Assembly: GCA_965235115.1 (NCBI GenBank)
Contig: OZ249436.1
Location: 45,448,001 to 45,512,000 of the forward strand
Reading direction: 5' to 3'
DNA from: Laetmonice hystrix
Taxonomy: Eukaryota
Length of the DNA stretch: 64,000 bases
Shown: piece after piece, positions 39,463 through 53,049 of the stretch
Position numbering within the stretch: the first letter of the stretch is position 1
Layout of the letters: every line of letters begins with the position of its first letter
The notes under the pieces: generated by a model
Databases searched by the model: none
What the model was told of the DNA's origin: nothing
Seen by the model: only the letters and a program-made list of their open reading frames with translations
Position numbers and translations under genes: made by a program

Positions 39463-40071
39463 CAATCGGAACGACCGAGCCATTTCCGGTTTACTTTGCT
39501 TTCGGGAACTAGACTCGGACAGTAAAAGTGTAGAAATTCGACAGACATTTAACGGGAATCCGCCGGATGTGTGGTGTGCATGGTCTCTGATCCGGCCGAT
39601 TGAAAATTTAGTGCAGTCGATTGACCAATTGTTTTAGGTGTTGTGTGCATATAAACAACGTTTCACCAACTATTCATGTTAATCGTGAGCAAACAAGTAA
39701 CAGGTTCACATGATGTAACAATACGATTTCGACAGTCTGACTTTTACTATAATGGCGGCACCCACACGATGGCTACATAGTGCACGTGCGATAGTACAAA
39801 GCCCGGAGTCTCTCCACTTGCTTCTCTCCAAGGCTGAAGGGCAAACGAAGGCTGTCTCTCGCATATTGTACCGCACTTAGAAATTCAACATCTTCCAAGG
39901 GAGTCTCCATTGAAGGAATCGACTTCACTAAATTTTCAATCGGCCGGATCAGAGACCACACGACACATCCGGCGGATTCCCGTTAAATGTCTGTCGAATT
40001 TCTACACTGTTACTGTCCGAGTCTAGTTCCCGAAGCAAAGTAAACCGGAAATGGCTCGGTCGTTCCGATTG
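39463..40071. mobile_element. Non-autonomous DNA transposon with ~160-bp TIRs and 9-bp TSD, probable AcademH (or MULE) derivative
   Basis: CACCTCGTG|caatcggaacgaccgagcc ... ggctcggtcgttccgattg|CACCTCGTG; internal - strand peptide METPLEDVEFLSAVQYARDSLRLPFSLGEKQVERLRALY. Confidence 0.85.
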
Positions 40072-41827
40072 CACCTCGTGGTCGATTTGATACCTAGGCC
40101 TACCCTTACGCGTATGAGCGATAATAGACCTCTGGTCAGCCTATGTCTTGCAATTGGCAGGAGCGGGTGTAGCTTTTTGAGAAGGGGGGGGGTGGTTACC
40201 ATGCAACGGCTGCCGCACGCCTCGGGGGGGGGGGGCGACCGGGGGCTCCCGGAAAATTGAGAAAATCATGGGGCAATTTGAGGTAATTTACGCATGGAAT
40301 TTTGCGCTTTGAACTTTTTACATTTTTTAGGGGGGATAATACTCTGGCCACCTCCTTTAATATTGGGGGGCATGGCCCCCTGTTCCAATACCCCTGTGTA
40401 GGTCTAAGGGCAAGAAAAGTCAATTATGTTGTTCGCGTCCCGGGCGCTTTGTTAAAATGATGAGGGGACGCGCCCCCTTTTTTTTGGATCGAGTTGGGGG
40501 GGGGCATGCATATACTACACCCAGTTACCTCAAACTTCATGTTGCATGCAGTTCTATAAACACTTTCAACTTTAGCTTGTCTTACCATGCGTGTTGTGCA
40601 CAGTTACATATAAATTTATTATATTTGCCAATATTTCAAACCTTGCAATGGAATATTTCTTGCTTTTCTTTCTCCAATTTGCATAACTGCAGACGGACAA
40701 AGTGTGACGTGGTATAAGCATGTCCGGCATGCGCGCGGACTCTGCGGACATGTCCTCATTTCTTTTTTCCCTATTATTTGACGACACGCGAGGGTGACGC
40801 GAACCAAATAATTAACTTTTCTTCTTTTTTGACCCTCTTTCTTTCTGAATGATGCGGCTTTTCTCAGACTAGAACTAGCTGATCTAGCTGATCTAGCTAG
40901 ATCTAGCTAGGCCATCGTCTTCATTTCAACATGCAGTCAGTCAGTTTAGGGTCTATTGTCAAACAATCGTCGGCCGCGGTCGGCCGCGGTGTTAACATCT
41001 TGCTATTATTCGGGAGATTTTCTTGCGCACACAGGGCGAGACTCACACGCGTTCCACTGACCACATGAAAGGTTTCACGGCGAGAGCTTGGCCTTCCCTT
41101 GTAAGACGGCGTCCCACAATTGCCCGGATGTGCCACCTACGGACTCTGGCCTGGCATTGGGTCACGTTTGTGATACTCGTAATGTGGATAGAATACGCCC
41201 GCCCCACCTCGAGGCCGTGCCCACCCCACTCCGGCCCATGCATTAGTTACGCCACTAACCTCAACCAAAGACGTCAAATTGCCCTGATTATCGCCCATAC
41301 CGACTCGCAATCTGAATTGCAAACGAGATTTAACCACAATATCTTCCACCACCGCAGTGCCGTTAACAACATCTTGGTAATCTCTACCGGCATCGCCTTC
41401 TATGAGAGCTCTGTGTCCGACCGCCTTGTGGCCCGACAAACACCTAGGCCTAAGTGCCCCCCCCCCCCCCACCCGATGTGGAACTAGAAAGAAATTATCG
41501 CATAGGCCTACATGGGCTTCTTGCTCACTGAATGGTTCTATGTAGGCCTATGGGATCAACGGATATGTCACACACCAGTGTCACACACCAGTGTCACACA
41601 CACTGTCCGCTTGGATTGAGACGCGATAGCGGTCAAGTCGGGACGGCTGCCTCCTATAACTACAATTGGGATTATGTAATTTGATTGTCGGCTCTGCAAT
41701 CCTCCTGGGGTCATGTATGTGGTTTCCCGACCACTCCACGGTGAACCCTTCAGTGAGGGTTATAATCCCTGCCCGGTCCCTGATGAATACAACAGGAGCT
41801 AGCAGTGTGACCAGTACCCATGGGTGT

Positions 41828-41860
41828 GGCAGAGGTTGAATGAAGTGAACGATCTCTGTC
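41828..41860 (+). other. Conserved hairpin element, copy 2
   Basis: GGCAGAGGTTG-[AATGAAGTGAA]-CGATCTCTGTC; both differences from copy 1 keep base pairing. Confidence 0.5.
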
Positions 41861-44022
41861 ATGGAGAGTGCTGCCAGCCAGCACCTGGCCTAATATAACG
41901 GATGCGTCTGGTAGGCAGGGGACCAGGCTACGACAGAAAACATCGTTCCAGCAAGAAATCAACGATGGCCTTTTTTTTATTTCCATAACTTTAACCAGTA
42001 TAAATGGACTCGGTAGTATCCGGTCTTCCGTCCCTTCTGTTCTGGACTCGTTTGAGTTCTTTACAAGTTTATGCAACAGAATCTACGACATGTCGTTACC
42101 ATTGTCGTTCGGTCAACGAACATCTATCCATTTTTCGTTCTTGTACTGTCGCGTTGATTATGCGGGTGAAAATCCCTTCAGAGTCACCGCGACATGTCTG
42201 AGAAATGGCGATGCCGACGATGATATGATAATGACTAATTAAGCTATTTAGGCAATTAAGGTGGGCGCTCTATGCCCCATAAAAATTAATAACAAAATCA
42301 CGATGCGTATCGGCGACGGAAACTTACGGAAATAGCCGGGTGGTTCCGAGTAGGGCCGATCCGTCAGATTTTGACTTGCATGGCTACAATGGCCCCGAAA
42401 TTATGCAGGAAAACAGTTTCATAAAAAAATACGTAGATCCGGAGGTTGGTCCACCCGAGTGTTGTTTGAAGCCACAGAGGTGAACTCAAACGATATCCTG
42501 TCGTTCCAATGGGCTAATGGGACTTAATTATAACTTTAATGATTGGTCCGACATGCCCTTGTCTATTCATCTATTTAGTGTATAATGGACTTCTCTTTCT
42601 TGAGCACGTGGACACCCAAGAAACAGATATTGGTCCATGCTGCTCGGCAATCTCCAATTCTGTCATTGAAAACTTTGGATACCATTTACCTACTTGGAAT
42701 CACTGAAGAAGATTATAGAAAATGAGCTCTACAGTCACTTTGTAGGTCTCCACCACCGCCAAGTACAGAACTTATCGACTGATGTCGTCATCATTTGATT
42801 ACTGAAAGTGGCAGACTCGTGCCTCTGTGACTCTCACTCGTCTCTATACCACCCACACGTATAGTGCCCTATGATCGGCACCGTATGGAAGTGCTATTTG
42901 TGAATCAGCCCTGAGATGGACTCCTTAAAGTCTGGAAGTATTGCGTAGGAAGACCGACCGACGTGGCCAGGTCGATAAGTGTTGACACGTAAAGGTCGTG
43001 CGTTATCTATACAGTAGACGCAATTGTTTGACGGCTTATGATTATAATCTCTACGTAATTACCCTAAAAATATGAAGAGTAGCTTGTCCATTAATGACTC
43101 AGGCTAATAAAGACATACCGGCCTCATTGATGAAGGATAGTATCACTTTAGACAATTTACCGTTTCGTACGCACACGTGCAATACTCGGATACAATATTT
43201 GTAAGACCGTTAGAGCGTGCATATTTTTACGACCGTTAGGGCTTGTATATATTAATTTGTAACACCGTTAGGGCTTGTATATATTAATTTGTAAGACCGT
43301 TAGGACTTGCATATATTAATTGTGCTACCGGTTGAGGTGGCGTTTTATCGACTCCTATCCTAACCATAAAAAGGTGTTGCTGATGTACTGTCCTTTTATA
43401 CAGTTACAAAGAAAAAGAGCAAATGTTGGCTTACGTCCACATAATCTCTCGTACAGACATTTTTATACGTCACGACATTACATGAGAATGTTAACAGGAC
43501 ATCTAGCACTTAGCGAGCATTGATTTCTTACCTTTTTCTATACATAGCCACACGATAAAGGAGTATTTTAAACACTACCCCAGGCCAATACCGTTTAGTA
43601 CTAAAACCAATAGCTGACTCGTGCTGGTACTGATACTGTCAGGAGCGTTAAACTATACACTTCTCCGTGTGCTGTAGTCCATTATTATAACGTATGATTC
43701 ACTGGTCGGGGATACTATCACGATCCCATGAAGAACCCCCTCATGTGTTGCATTCTGGGAAGGATTTCTAAAGTTTGATAGATGGTATAGACACCGTTTG
43801 TTCAAAGCTGCCCTTCGACAGGATCCGGGACGTGTTACCCATGAAATTTTGGAAGTTTATATTTGAAATTGTGCAATCAAGAACTATGTTCCCTTTTCAT
43901 GCACTTTTCGTGTACAATATATTCTTTAGCGCCTAAGGATGTACGAATGTACGAATGTACTCTACAGGGTCTTTCATATCACATGCTAAGATCTGATCAT
44001 GGGTTATTTTTACTCAAATTAA

Positions 44023-44541
44023 AGGGGCATATTATGAGGAAACGTTAAAAATCAGTATTTTTTGCTGTTTTCGTAAAGAGATCCTTCATTATAATTGCTT
44101 AGTAAACAAAGTCAGACTTATCAGTTTCATTTTGCGTGAGAAGTCGAAGTTTATTAAGCTCCCTTGATCGCTTCTCTGCCGATTTCGTAAAATATTTTTT
44201 GGGTGGCATTCTGATGCCGGGCGATCGAGTGCCACTGCTGAATTGCTTACAACTAAGCAAAGCACGTGACTGAGCACATGCAGAGAGTGCACACACAGGA
44301 TGTGAGACAGTATTCAGTTACACGGGTTGATGGGGGGTTGTCCGCCAAATTATGGCGGGAGATGTGCTATCGGGAGAAATCTATAGGTTTGGTCATATAG
44401 AACCTACTTGTGCTGCATACGCAGCGAAAACACGTCCGAGGACAAAATGCTGCGGTAGGATTATTTACTTGGATCCCTAGTACACGGTCATGTTGGATAA
44501 TTGCCGGAAATCCTCAAAAACGTGTTTCATAGCATGCCCCT
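44023..44541. mobile_element. Kolobok-like non-autonomous element
   Basis: TTAA|aggggcatattatga ... tcatagcatgcccct|TTAA. Confidence 0.8.
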
Positions 44542-47047
44542 TTAATATGTCCGTTTTCTTGGGACACCCTAAAATGTAGACGTGGCCACCCTTTATGAAA
44601 TGCGACGTTTTGCTCTGTTTCAACGTCGATTTCAAACCCCTGTCGCGATGTCTACTTACAATGAAATGCCCATTAATACACATTATTGTGCATAGATTTT
44701 GATAAATCATCGTGCAAAACATCGTCTATTCCGAAGATGATTTTGACTGTTAGAGCCTTTTGTTGTAAAGTGGCCGTTTCAGGCCCTCCGTCCCCATTTT
44801 GAACGGAAGCCGGTTCCATTTTTACATGCGCAGTACATACAAACAACAATGGTAGACAGGATCAAATCATCGCTTCGCCGGTATAGGCCTATAAACACGG
44901 CCGTAATATATTACAGAAGGAGCGCATCACTTGCTGAACTGTACGCATCACCCCAACAGGTGTGAAGGGAAGTAATCATGTATTCGTAGAGATATGAATC
45001 GGTGCCGTTTCTTTATTTGAAGGGATTTGAATATTTCTCTATGGGCTCGCCAACGATCCTAGAGCTAGAATGACAGTGTATAGGGGAGAGACAATGCCTA
45101 CCTAAAATGCTGAGGTTGCTATGCTTTTCCATGGCTACGGACCCGTTCGCAGGATCAAATCTGTGTAGGCCTACACCATCCGGATTTTAAATCATCAGAT
45201 ATAGCAAGTGGTGTAGGGTCAAACACTTACAGGATCTGGAGCCTCGACTAACCCCTCTAACATATCACCAGAAGAAATGGGAGGCCCTGTGGTCAGGGCC
45301 TGGTTGTTAGAAACTCTCAACTTGAGTAAAGCTTACTTAAGTCAACCAACAGGTTTCTGAGTTGCTGGTCTGCAAAGGCCAGCCAATCAGAAGTCAGGTT
45401 TACTCGAGTTGGGAATTTGTGGAAAACTGGGACTTTAAAGGGAAAGTAGGCCTATTGCATCGCATTTTCCAGAGATAAGCTGTCCTGTCTACAGAGAATC
45501 TGCACAGAAATATATCATATTACTACGATCTATCTCATTGTGTCGATTTACCTGTAACAATAACGAAACTGGACGAGTAAACCATTCTTGCTTGGACGTT
45601 GACAAATACAATCGCATTTTACCCCAGCTTGTTGACATTCCTACCTTGGAGCACCGGTCCGACTAAACACCAAAACCGACTAAAACTGACTGAAACTAAC
45701 CGCAGCTGACGACCTCATTGCCATCTGGAGGTTGGTGTCGATATGCCGAGGTCGGTTTCGGTCGGCTTCGGTAAATTCACTCGGTTTCATTGTTTATTCG
45801 AACCCGGCAATGACACCTCCCCAAACCGAAACCAAGAATGACCCCGATGTACGGAAACCATTTTTTATGTACACGACACGACGATATTCTGGCAAACAGG
45901 ATTGGCGTCTGGTCTGAGATGAATTTGCAACTATGCAGGTAGCTATATCAGAAATAGTTGGACTTTTTCTAACATAAGATGCAATTGCTTCCCTTCAATG
46001 AGCCTATACACTCATTTTCTTGCATAATATATTAATTTAAGCTACTTATAGATCTCAGCCAACATATTTTTTCACGAAAACGGGACTAATTATCTATGAG
46101 TACTAATAGATGACAAGTACTTGTCTCAAGTGTCTAGATGTTGTTTTAATTAAGTGTCTGAGGAGTATTATTTTCCAGTGAGGGTTTGACGATGTTTTAA
46201 CCTGCCTAAGTGACTCGAGCTGGGTGGCGAGGTGTCCTGAGCGTCGTTGCTGGGCGGCACCTGACTGGGTAATGACCATGCGTACTCACGTCTCCCTAGT
46301 GCCAAGTCGCTGGGTAATTGAGCATGCGTACTTAGGTTGATCACGTTACTGAAGAACACTAGGATCAATCGAAGCCCACTGAGATGTGGGGGCGGTACTG
46401 GGTTACGACATACCTCCGAGCTGTTGATGGTCGCCTTGACTAGCCAGCGCCTACAGGTGGTTTCAGAGAGCGATTTCGGTGCGTGCCCTTTGAATTGCTG
46501 GCGCTTGATGGCTTAGGAGGGAGACCCCCCGCATAAGGAGGCCAGATATAGCTGCGAACTCAGCATGTCGCCCAACTATTGTTCTAAATTCTCAACGTGA
46601 CGTAAACTGATATACTGTTGACTGATCGAACAGGACCGATTTAAAGCTACTCTCACATTTTGCCGAGTTTCATCCCGAGGGACAACGTGTAATGCCGAGC
46701 TGAACTCGTACTGAACTCCTGGTAACTCGGGGAATTATGGGTCCTTGCACCACGATATGACCACGATATAGGTACGAGTGTGGCCGATATCAGTACGGGT
46801 GTCTTGGGGGTGTCATAGATGTAGTCGGGGGAAGTCCTGAACAGTCGCAAAAGGTTGCAACCAAGGCGTCTCGTTTTCGCCGTGGAGCAAGTTTAGCCCC
46901 GTTCCCACCTAGCCGATTTCGATCCCGGTCACGAACTTTTTCGTGGCGTAGGGATTCGTATGGGTGGCGTCGTAGGACTTCGTAGGGGTGTTCGTAGGCT
47001 ATTCGTAGAAGTGCTTACGAAGTAGGATGGGCTACAAAGTCCCAGGG

Positions 47048-48342
47048 TCTGTCCGCCCTCACACCGTCCGTCCGCCCTCACACCGTCTGTCCGCCCTCAC
47101 ACCGTCTGTCCGCCCTCACACCGTCAAAGTCGCCCTCACACCGTCTGTCCGCCCTCACACCGTCTGTCCGCCCTCACACCGTCCGTCCGCCCTCACACCG
47201 TCCGTCCGCCCTCACACCGTATGTCCGCCCTCACACCGTCTGTCCGCCCTCACACCGTATGTCCGCCCTCACACCATCCGCCCGCCCTCACACCGTCACA
47301 GTCGCTCTCTCACCGTCACAGCCGCCGTCACACCGTCACAGCCGCCATCACACCGTCACAGCCGCCGTCACACCGTCACAGCCGCCGTCACACCGTTACA
47401 GCCGCCGTCACACCGTCACAGTCGCCCTCACACCGTCACAGTCACCCTCACACCGTCACAGCCGCCCTCACACCGTCACAGCCGCCCTCACACCGTCACA
47501 GTCGCCGTCACACCGTCACAGCCGCCCTCACACCGTCACAGTCGCCGTCACACCGTCACAGCCGCCGTCACAGTCGCCGTCACACCGTCACAGTCGCCGT
47601 CACACCGTCACAGTCGCCGTCACACCGTCACAGTCGCCCTCACACCGTCACAGTCACCCTCACACCGTCACAGTCACCCTCACACCGTCACAGTCGCCGT
47701 CACACCGTCACTGCCGCCGTCACACCGTCACAGTCGCCGTCACACCGTCACAGCCGCCGTCACAGTCGCCGTCACACCGTCACAGTCGCCCTCACACCGT
47801 CACAGTCGCCCTCACACCATCACAGCCGCCCTCACACCGTCACAGTCGCCGTCACACCGTCACTGCCGCCGTCACACCGTCACAGTCGCCGTCACACCGT
47901 CACAGCCGCCGTCACAGTCGCCGTCACACCGTCACAGTCGCCCTCACACCGTCACAGTCGCCCTCACACCGTCACAGCCGCCCTCACACCATCACAGCCG
48001 CCCTCACACCGTCACAGTCGCCGTCACACCGTCACAGTCGCCGTCACACCGTCACAGTCGCCGTCACACCGTCACAGTCGCCCTCACACCGTCACAGTCG
48101 CCCTCACACCGTCACAGTCGCCCTCACACCATCACAGCTGCCGTCACACCGTCACAGTCGCCGTCACACCGTCACAGTCGCCCTCACACCGTCACAGTCG
48201 CCCTCACACCGTCACAGTCGCCCTCACACCGTCACAGTCGCCCTCACACCGTCACAGTCGCCCTCACACCATCACAGCCGCCCTCACACCGTCACAGTCG
48301 CCGTCACACCGTCACAGTCGCCCTCACACCGTCACAGTCGCC
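47048..48342. repeat. 19/20-bp minisatellite, about 65 copies, with a polar change of unit
   Basis: gtccgccctcacaccgtct grading to gYcgccStcacaccgtcaca; preceded by a Harbinger-like end (agccccgttcccac at ~46895). Confidence 0.95.
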
Positions 48343-49056
48343 ATGAGTGGTCCGTCCATTGATCACTTCCGACACACGTACTATTGGATTTCTATCGATA
48401 CTTTTATTCGGGCCCTAATGGAGCCAGCCGAAAGAAGATAATTTAGTTTGGGGACGTGTGGGTGAAATTGCAGCACATGACACGCACTGGACCAAATTTA
48501 AAGTTATCAAGAATACTGAGGATGAAAACGATGGCGTATTGGCTGCAAACGGTAGGCCAACTGTTAGTTATATCTCACACCGGATTGTCAGCGGCTAATT
48601 ACACTGTGGAGGATTCCTATACTAGGGTGACAGCAGCCATATTAATCCGGCTGTATAAGTTTGGTTTATTGTACATTTTTATAATACTGATGTTTAGTTT
48701 AAATCCCCATCACCATGGCAACCTCTATAAATCTACCGTGTCAATACATGTCGGATGAGACGATTATACATGAATAAAGTTGTTTTTTATAACCACCATA
48801 CATTAATATTATGATCATGGTCGCGATGATCACTATCATGATGAACCCCTGCAGGATTTGGAATCAAATAGATAGGACGAGATCCATGGAGTCAAAAGGG
48901 GGCCTTGCGCCCCCTTTCTATGCCCCCGCCCATAGTAACAACCCCCCCCCCCCCTGATGGTCTAGACATTAGGATGTAGTGTCACTGACAGTCTAGACAT
49001 CATGGTGTAGTGTCAATGACGGTCTAAACATCATGTTGTACATGACAGTACTTTTT

Positions 49057-49057
<1 letters not shown>

Positions 49058-49128
<71 letters not shown>
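49058..49128. repeat. (GTT)n microsatellite
   Basis: Direct reading. Confidence 0.98.
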
Positions 49129-50087
49129 CGAAAAGAATAAGTTTACTGCGCACGAATGACGAAACATTTAAAAGATGAAGAATCCAACACTTTTAATGAA
49201 GCGTTTGAAAGGCATTTTTCTCTGCCCTCTCGCTCAAGCATTCCTCGCATCATGGATACATGCGCAGTGAAATAATGGTCACATTCTCGAGCACGTCAAC
49301 GCGAGGTTTCACGAGAAACTGGAGAACTTTCCGGTCTCGTTATGGTTTCCGTGCGATCGTGATCGTGACATGCCTCGGTTTCAAAATATCGCAGAGGGCA
49401 TGCATACCGCACGACGCCTTCCGTAGAACATTTTTTTAGGCCGACCCCTCCCCCCTCCCACGCTCGTCTCAGTTCCACCCTCCTGGGCGATGAAAAAAGT
49501 TGGTCAAAATACAACCTATCCTTGGCTCAGCAGTCATTTAGTACGCTCATGTAATCAGCCTCACTGGTGTGGCTATTTTCAGTTAACGTCAGTGTGCTTC
49601 CTCAGTGACGATCCTACCTGATTTTTAGATTTGAGTCTGAATTCTGCATGGACTCATGTAAGATTGTGTGAATTGTTCCCGACTCAGAGTAGGCTAGTAA
49701 AGTATTGCCTCTCGAGACATTATTGACAAGATGACGTCACATTATGACAGAGCATCCTCTCGATCGCACATTACGTAATAAATAATTGAAACAGTTGAAA
49801 CTTCAATGAAAACAAGGCTACAATTTAAAGTATTTGAAACCCTCGCCGATTGGGATGTACTTTTACGTATTGCACTCTCTGTTTGAGTAAAAGCTAATCG
49901 CTCTACATCCCGGGGACATTTACCACATTCTGATCGCTTAACATGGCACCTGTCATTGTTAGTGACTACACACAAATCATGCTGGTGGCCACGTGAACAG
50001 CACGTTAAGGCTTTCCTCTCGCTGACATAGCTTTGGGCGCTTACTGTCGATTGCAGCATTGAATGAAAAATGTCACATCTATTCACC

Positions 50088-50185
50088 TGGTCGAGGAACC
50101 AATTACATAGCGTGTTTCATGGTCGACGAACCAATTACATAGCGTGTTTCATGGTCGAGAAACCAATTACATAGCGTGTTTCATG
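50088..50185. repeat. ~32-bp tandem repeat, 3 copies
   Basis: tggtcgaggaaccaattacatagcgtgtttca. Confidence 0.9.
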
Positions 50186-50255
50186 CCTGCCTCGGCATGA
50201 ATCTCTGTGCACCATGCATTCCTTTGTTTGAATCCCAGTGTATACGTATACATGT

Positions 50256-50419
50256 CAGGGCCATAGCCTGGCCCAAATACGTGGGTGGGGGCGCAGTGCC
50301 TCCTGAGCAAGTGGGCCTACCAGGTGTCAATAACACTATTAATGTTGGGGATTCCATTAAAAAAAATAAAAACTGGAAATCCCAGGGTGCAGCTGCCCCC
50401 TCCGCAGGCCACGACCCTG
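50256..50419. mobile_element. MITE, diverged inverted copy of the 38187 family
   Basis: cagggccatagcc ... ggccacgaccctg; shares cccaaatacgtg and aaaactggaaatcccaggg; flanks CATGT/CATCT. Confidence 0.7.
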
Positions 50420-50500
50420 CATCTTGTCACCATTCACTCATAAAACACCGTGTCACATTCAGAGTTCATAGTCGGACATTGTAACGTCTGCTACGGCCTG

Positions 50501-51248
50501 GGTGGTCACGTGGTATGAAGTCTCGGATCACACGGGATCATACGTGGTATGGGTGACAAAACGACCTCGGTGGTCACGTGGTGTGAAGTCTCGGATCGCA
50601 CGGGATCATACGTGCAATGGGTGACAAAACGACCTCGGTGGTCACGTGGTATGAAGTCTCGGATCGCACGGGATCATACGTGGTATGGGTGACAAAACGA
50701 CCTCGGTGGTCACGTGGTATGAAGTCTCGGATCGCACGGGATCATACGTGGTATGGGTGACAAAACGACCTCGGTGGTCACGTGGTGTGAAGTCTCTGTA
50801 CGGATCGCACGGGATCATACGGAATGGGTGACAAAACGACCTCGGTGGTCACGTGGTGTGAAGTCTCGGATCGCACGGGATCATACGTGCAATGGGTGAC
50901 AAAACGACCTCGGTGGTCACGTGGTATGAAGTCTCGGATCGCACGGGATCATACGGAATGGGTGACAAAACGACCTCGGTGGTCACGTGGTGTGAAGTCT
51001 CTACGGATCGCACAGGATCATACGGAATGGGTGACAAAACGACCTCGGTGGTCACGTGGTGTGAAGTCTCTGTACGGATCGCACGGGATCATACGGAATG
51101 GGTGACAAAACGACCTCGGTGGTCACGTGGTGTGAAGTCTCTGTACGGATCGCACAGGATCATACGGAATGGGTGACAAAACGACCTCGGTGGTCACGTG
51201 GTATGAAGTCTCGGATCGCACGGGATCATACGTGCAATGGGTGACAAG
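50501..51248. repeat. Minisatellite, ~66-72-bp unit, about 11 copies
   Basis: Unit ggtggtcacgtggtRtgaagtctcggatcgcacgggatcatacgtggtatgggtgacaaaacgacctc. Confidence 0.95.
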
Positions 51249-53049
51249 TTTTAGAGGGTAGTCTAACAACGGCCGGTGCTAATTCAGTGAAAACACACCT
51301 TATAACCAGAGCCAGGGTGTCCTATACCAGGGCGTAAGGCTGTGTGAGGTCAAATATTGAAGCCATCTTCAGGAGTCGAACGCCACCACGTGACCCATGT
51401 GGCCGTTAGAGAGGCCATATACTACAAGGAGGAAGCCATGATGTTGAGATGGCTAGATGGCGTAAGGACTCACATCTACTCCGCTAGAAGTCGGGCAGGA
51501 CAGCGGTCGTATTAACACCCGAATCCACTATGGGTCCAAAACTAAACCCAATGCGGATAGAATCCGGCACGATGCGGACCCGATCCGGCATTATTTGTCC
51601 ATTGTGTATTGACAAATTGACGTGTTTGATGGTCCTGTCGGGTCGCATACACATTCACTGCAGCAGTTGGGTGCCGTCCCGAAGCCGGATTTCGACATTG
51701 TGCAATTTATCCGGTTGACCATGCAAATATAACAAATACAGGAACCTAAAGTGTAATTATTTGTATGCACGGTCACATAGATTCAGTGTGCTATGGTAAG
51801 TATAACTGGACATTTACAAAATTGCACCGTCGTTGTTATAATAGAATTCTGACTCCATGACCCATGGGTCACTTTTCCATGGAGGTCGATATTCTATGTG
51901 ACACCGAACCTGCGGCCGACTTATTGGTTACGGAGTATTTTGATGACAACTATAATCCCCCACGGCCCGTGGCATTCGTGGAATCTCAGACTATCAAAAT
52001 CCGTCCTATTATGTTGTGCCACTAGCCAATTAAAACGGTAAGGTTTATCTCTAACAACCCATCTTCATTAATGATCTTGCTCAAGGTCATGTACATCCTT
52101 TCCATATACATGTACTTATCATTAGTCGGCCATTTTGAACTGAGCTGGGTTGAGCGGCTCAAGTCGAGGACCTGTCGTGACGTCACGGGTAAGAATATCT
52201 ATATTACACGGCCGGAGCTCTCCTTACGAAAAAGGAAGTCCTTCCATCGGACTATATTCGGCAGCCTACTGACTGATGTCAGTTGAGCGGGTCAGTGAGT
52301 CCCCTTCGCGCCTGGCGGATATTTGGGTCCTATTTCCACTGAAAACTGACTGAATGTGTCACTGGGCCCTGACATGGTTATTCACTACATATCTCGTTAT
52401 TTTAAGAAATATCACTTTCCTCACCTCTGTATCAAAGAAACATAAGGGGAGAATAAGGGGAGAGAAAAAAGGAGGAGAGCGAGAGCGGAGAGCAGTTTAG
52501 TCAGGTTAATGATTATTATTCGACCTCTTCCCTTTTCTTGCCCCGCGCCAACTCTATGGATAACTTCAAAGGTCTTCAGTAAAAAGTTGCCGTCTTTGGT
52601 CTTTCAAACCATTACTATCCACAACTGATTTACACATTCACAATTGATCATTTCAAAGCAATCATGTTCGATAGCTGACATTAATTGATTTCTTACTAAA
52701 GAGGTCAATTATTTTTCTTTAAATCTGTTCTCCTTATTCATGCACAGACAGTGAGTCATTAGGACAAAGGCAGCCTTGAGCGATCCTGTAAATTAACCAA
52801 TGAAACATGATCCTTGTGATGCCAAAGCTTCGTTTGAGAAACCGAATTGGCTGAAGCTGGAATAGTAATGATCTTTTATGCAAGCAATGTCAGAGACAAA
52901 TGAGTGCAGGCTTACTCCGAACCTAATTGATTAGAGCTGATTGTGCAAGACAATGTTTCAGTTTGAATAGAATAACTATTCATTCCATGGTCTGTCCGCT
53001 CCCAGATAATGTTATGGGTGTCTTGGTTTAATTAGTCATCCTACCTCCT

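Noticed and set aside
47027..48441. 439/406/367-aa Pro/Ser/His/Thr-rich ORFs in all three + frames
   Set aside because: By-product of a stop-free 19/20-bp minisatellite whose unit is not a multiple of three
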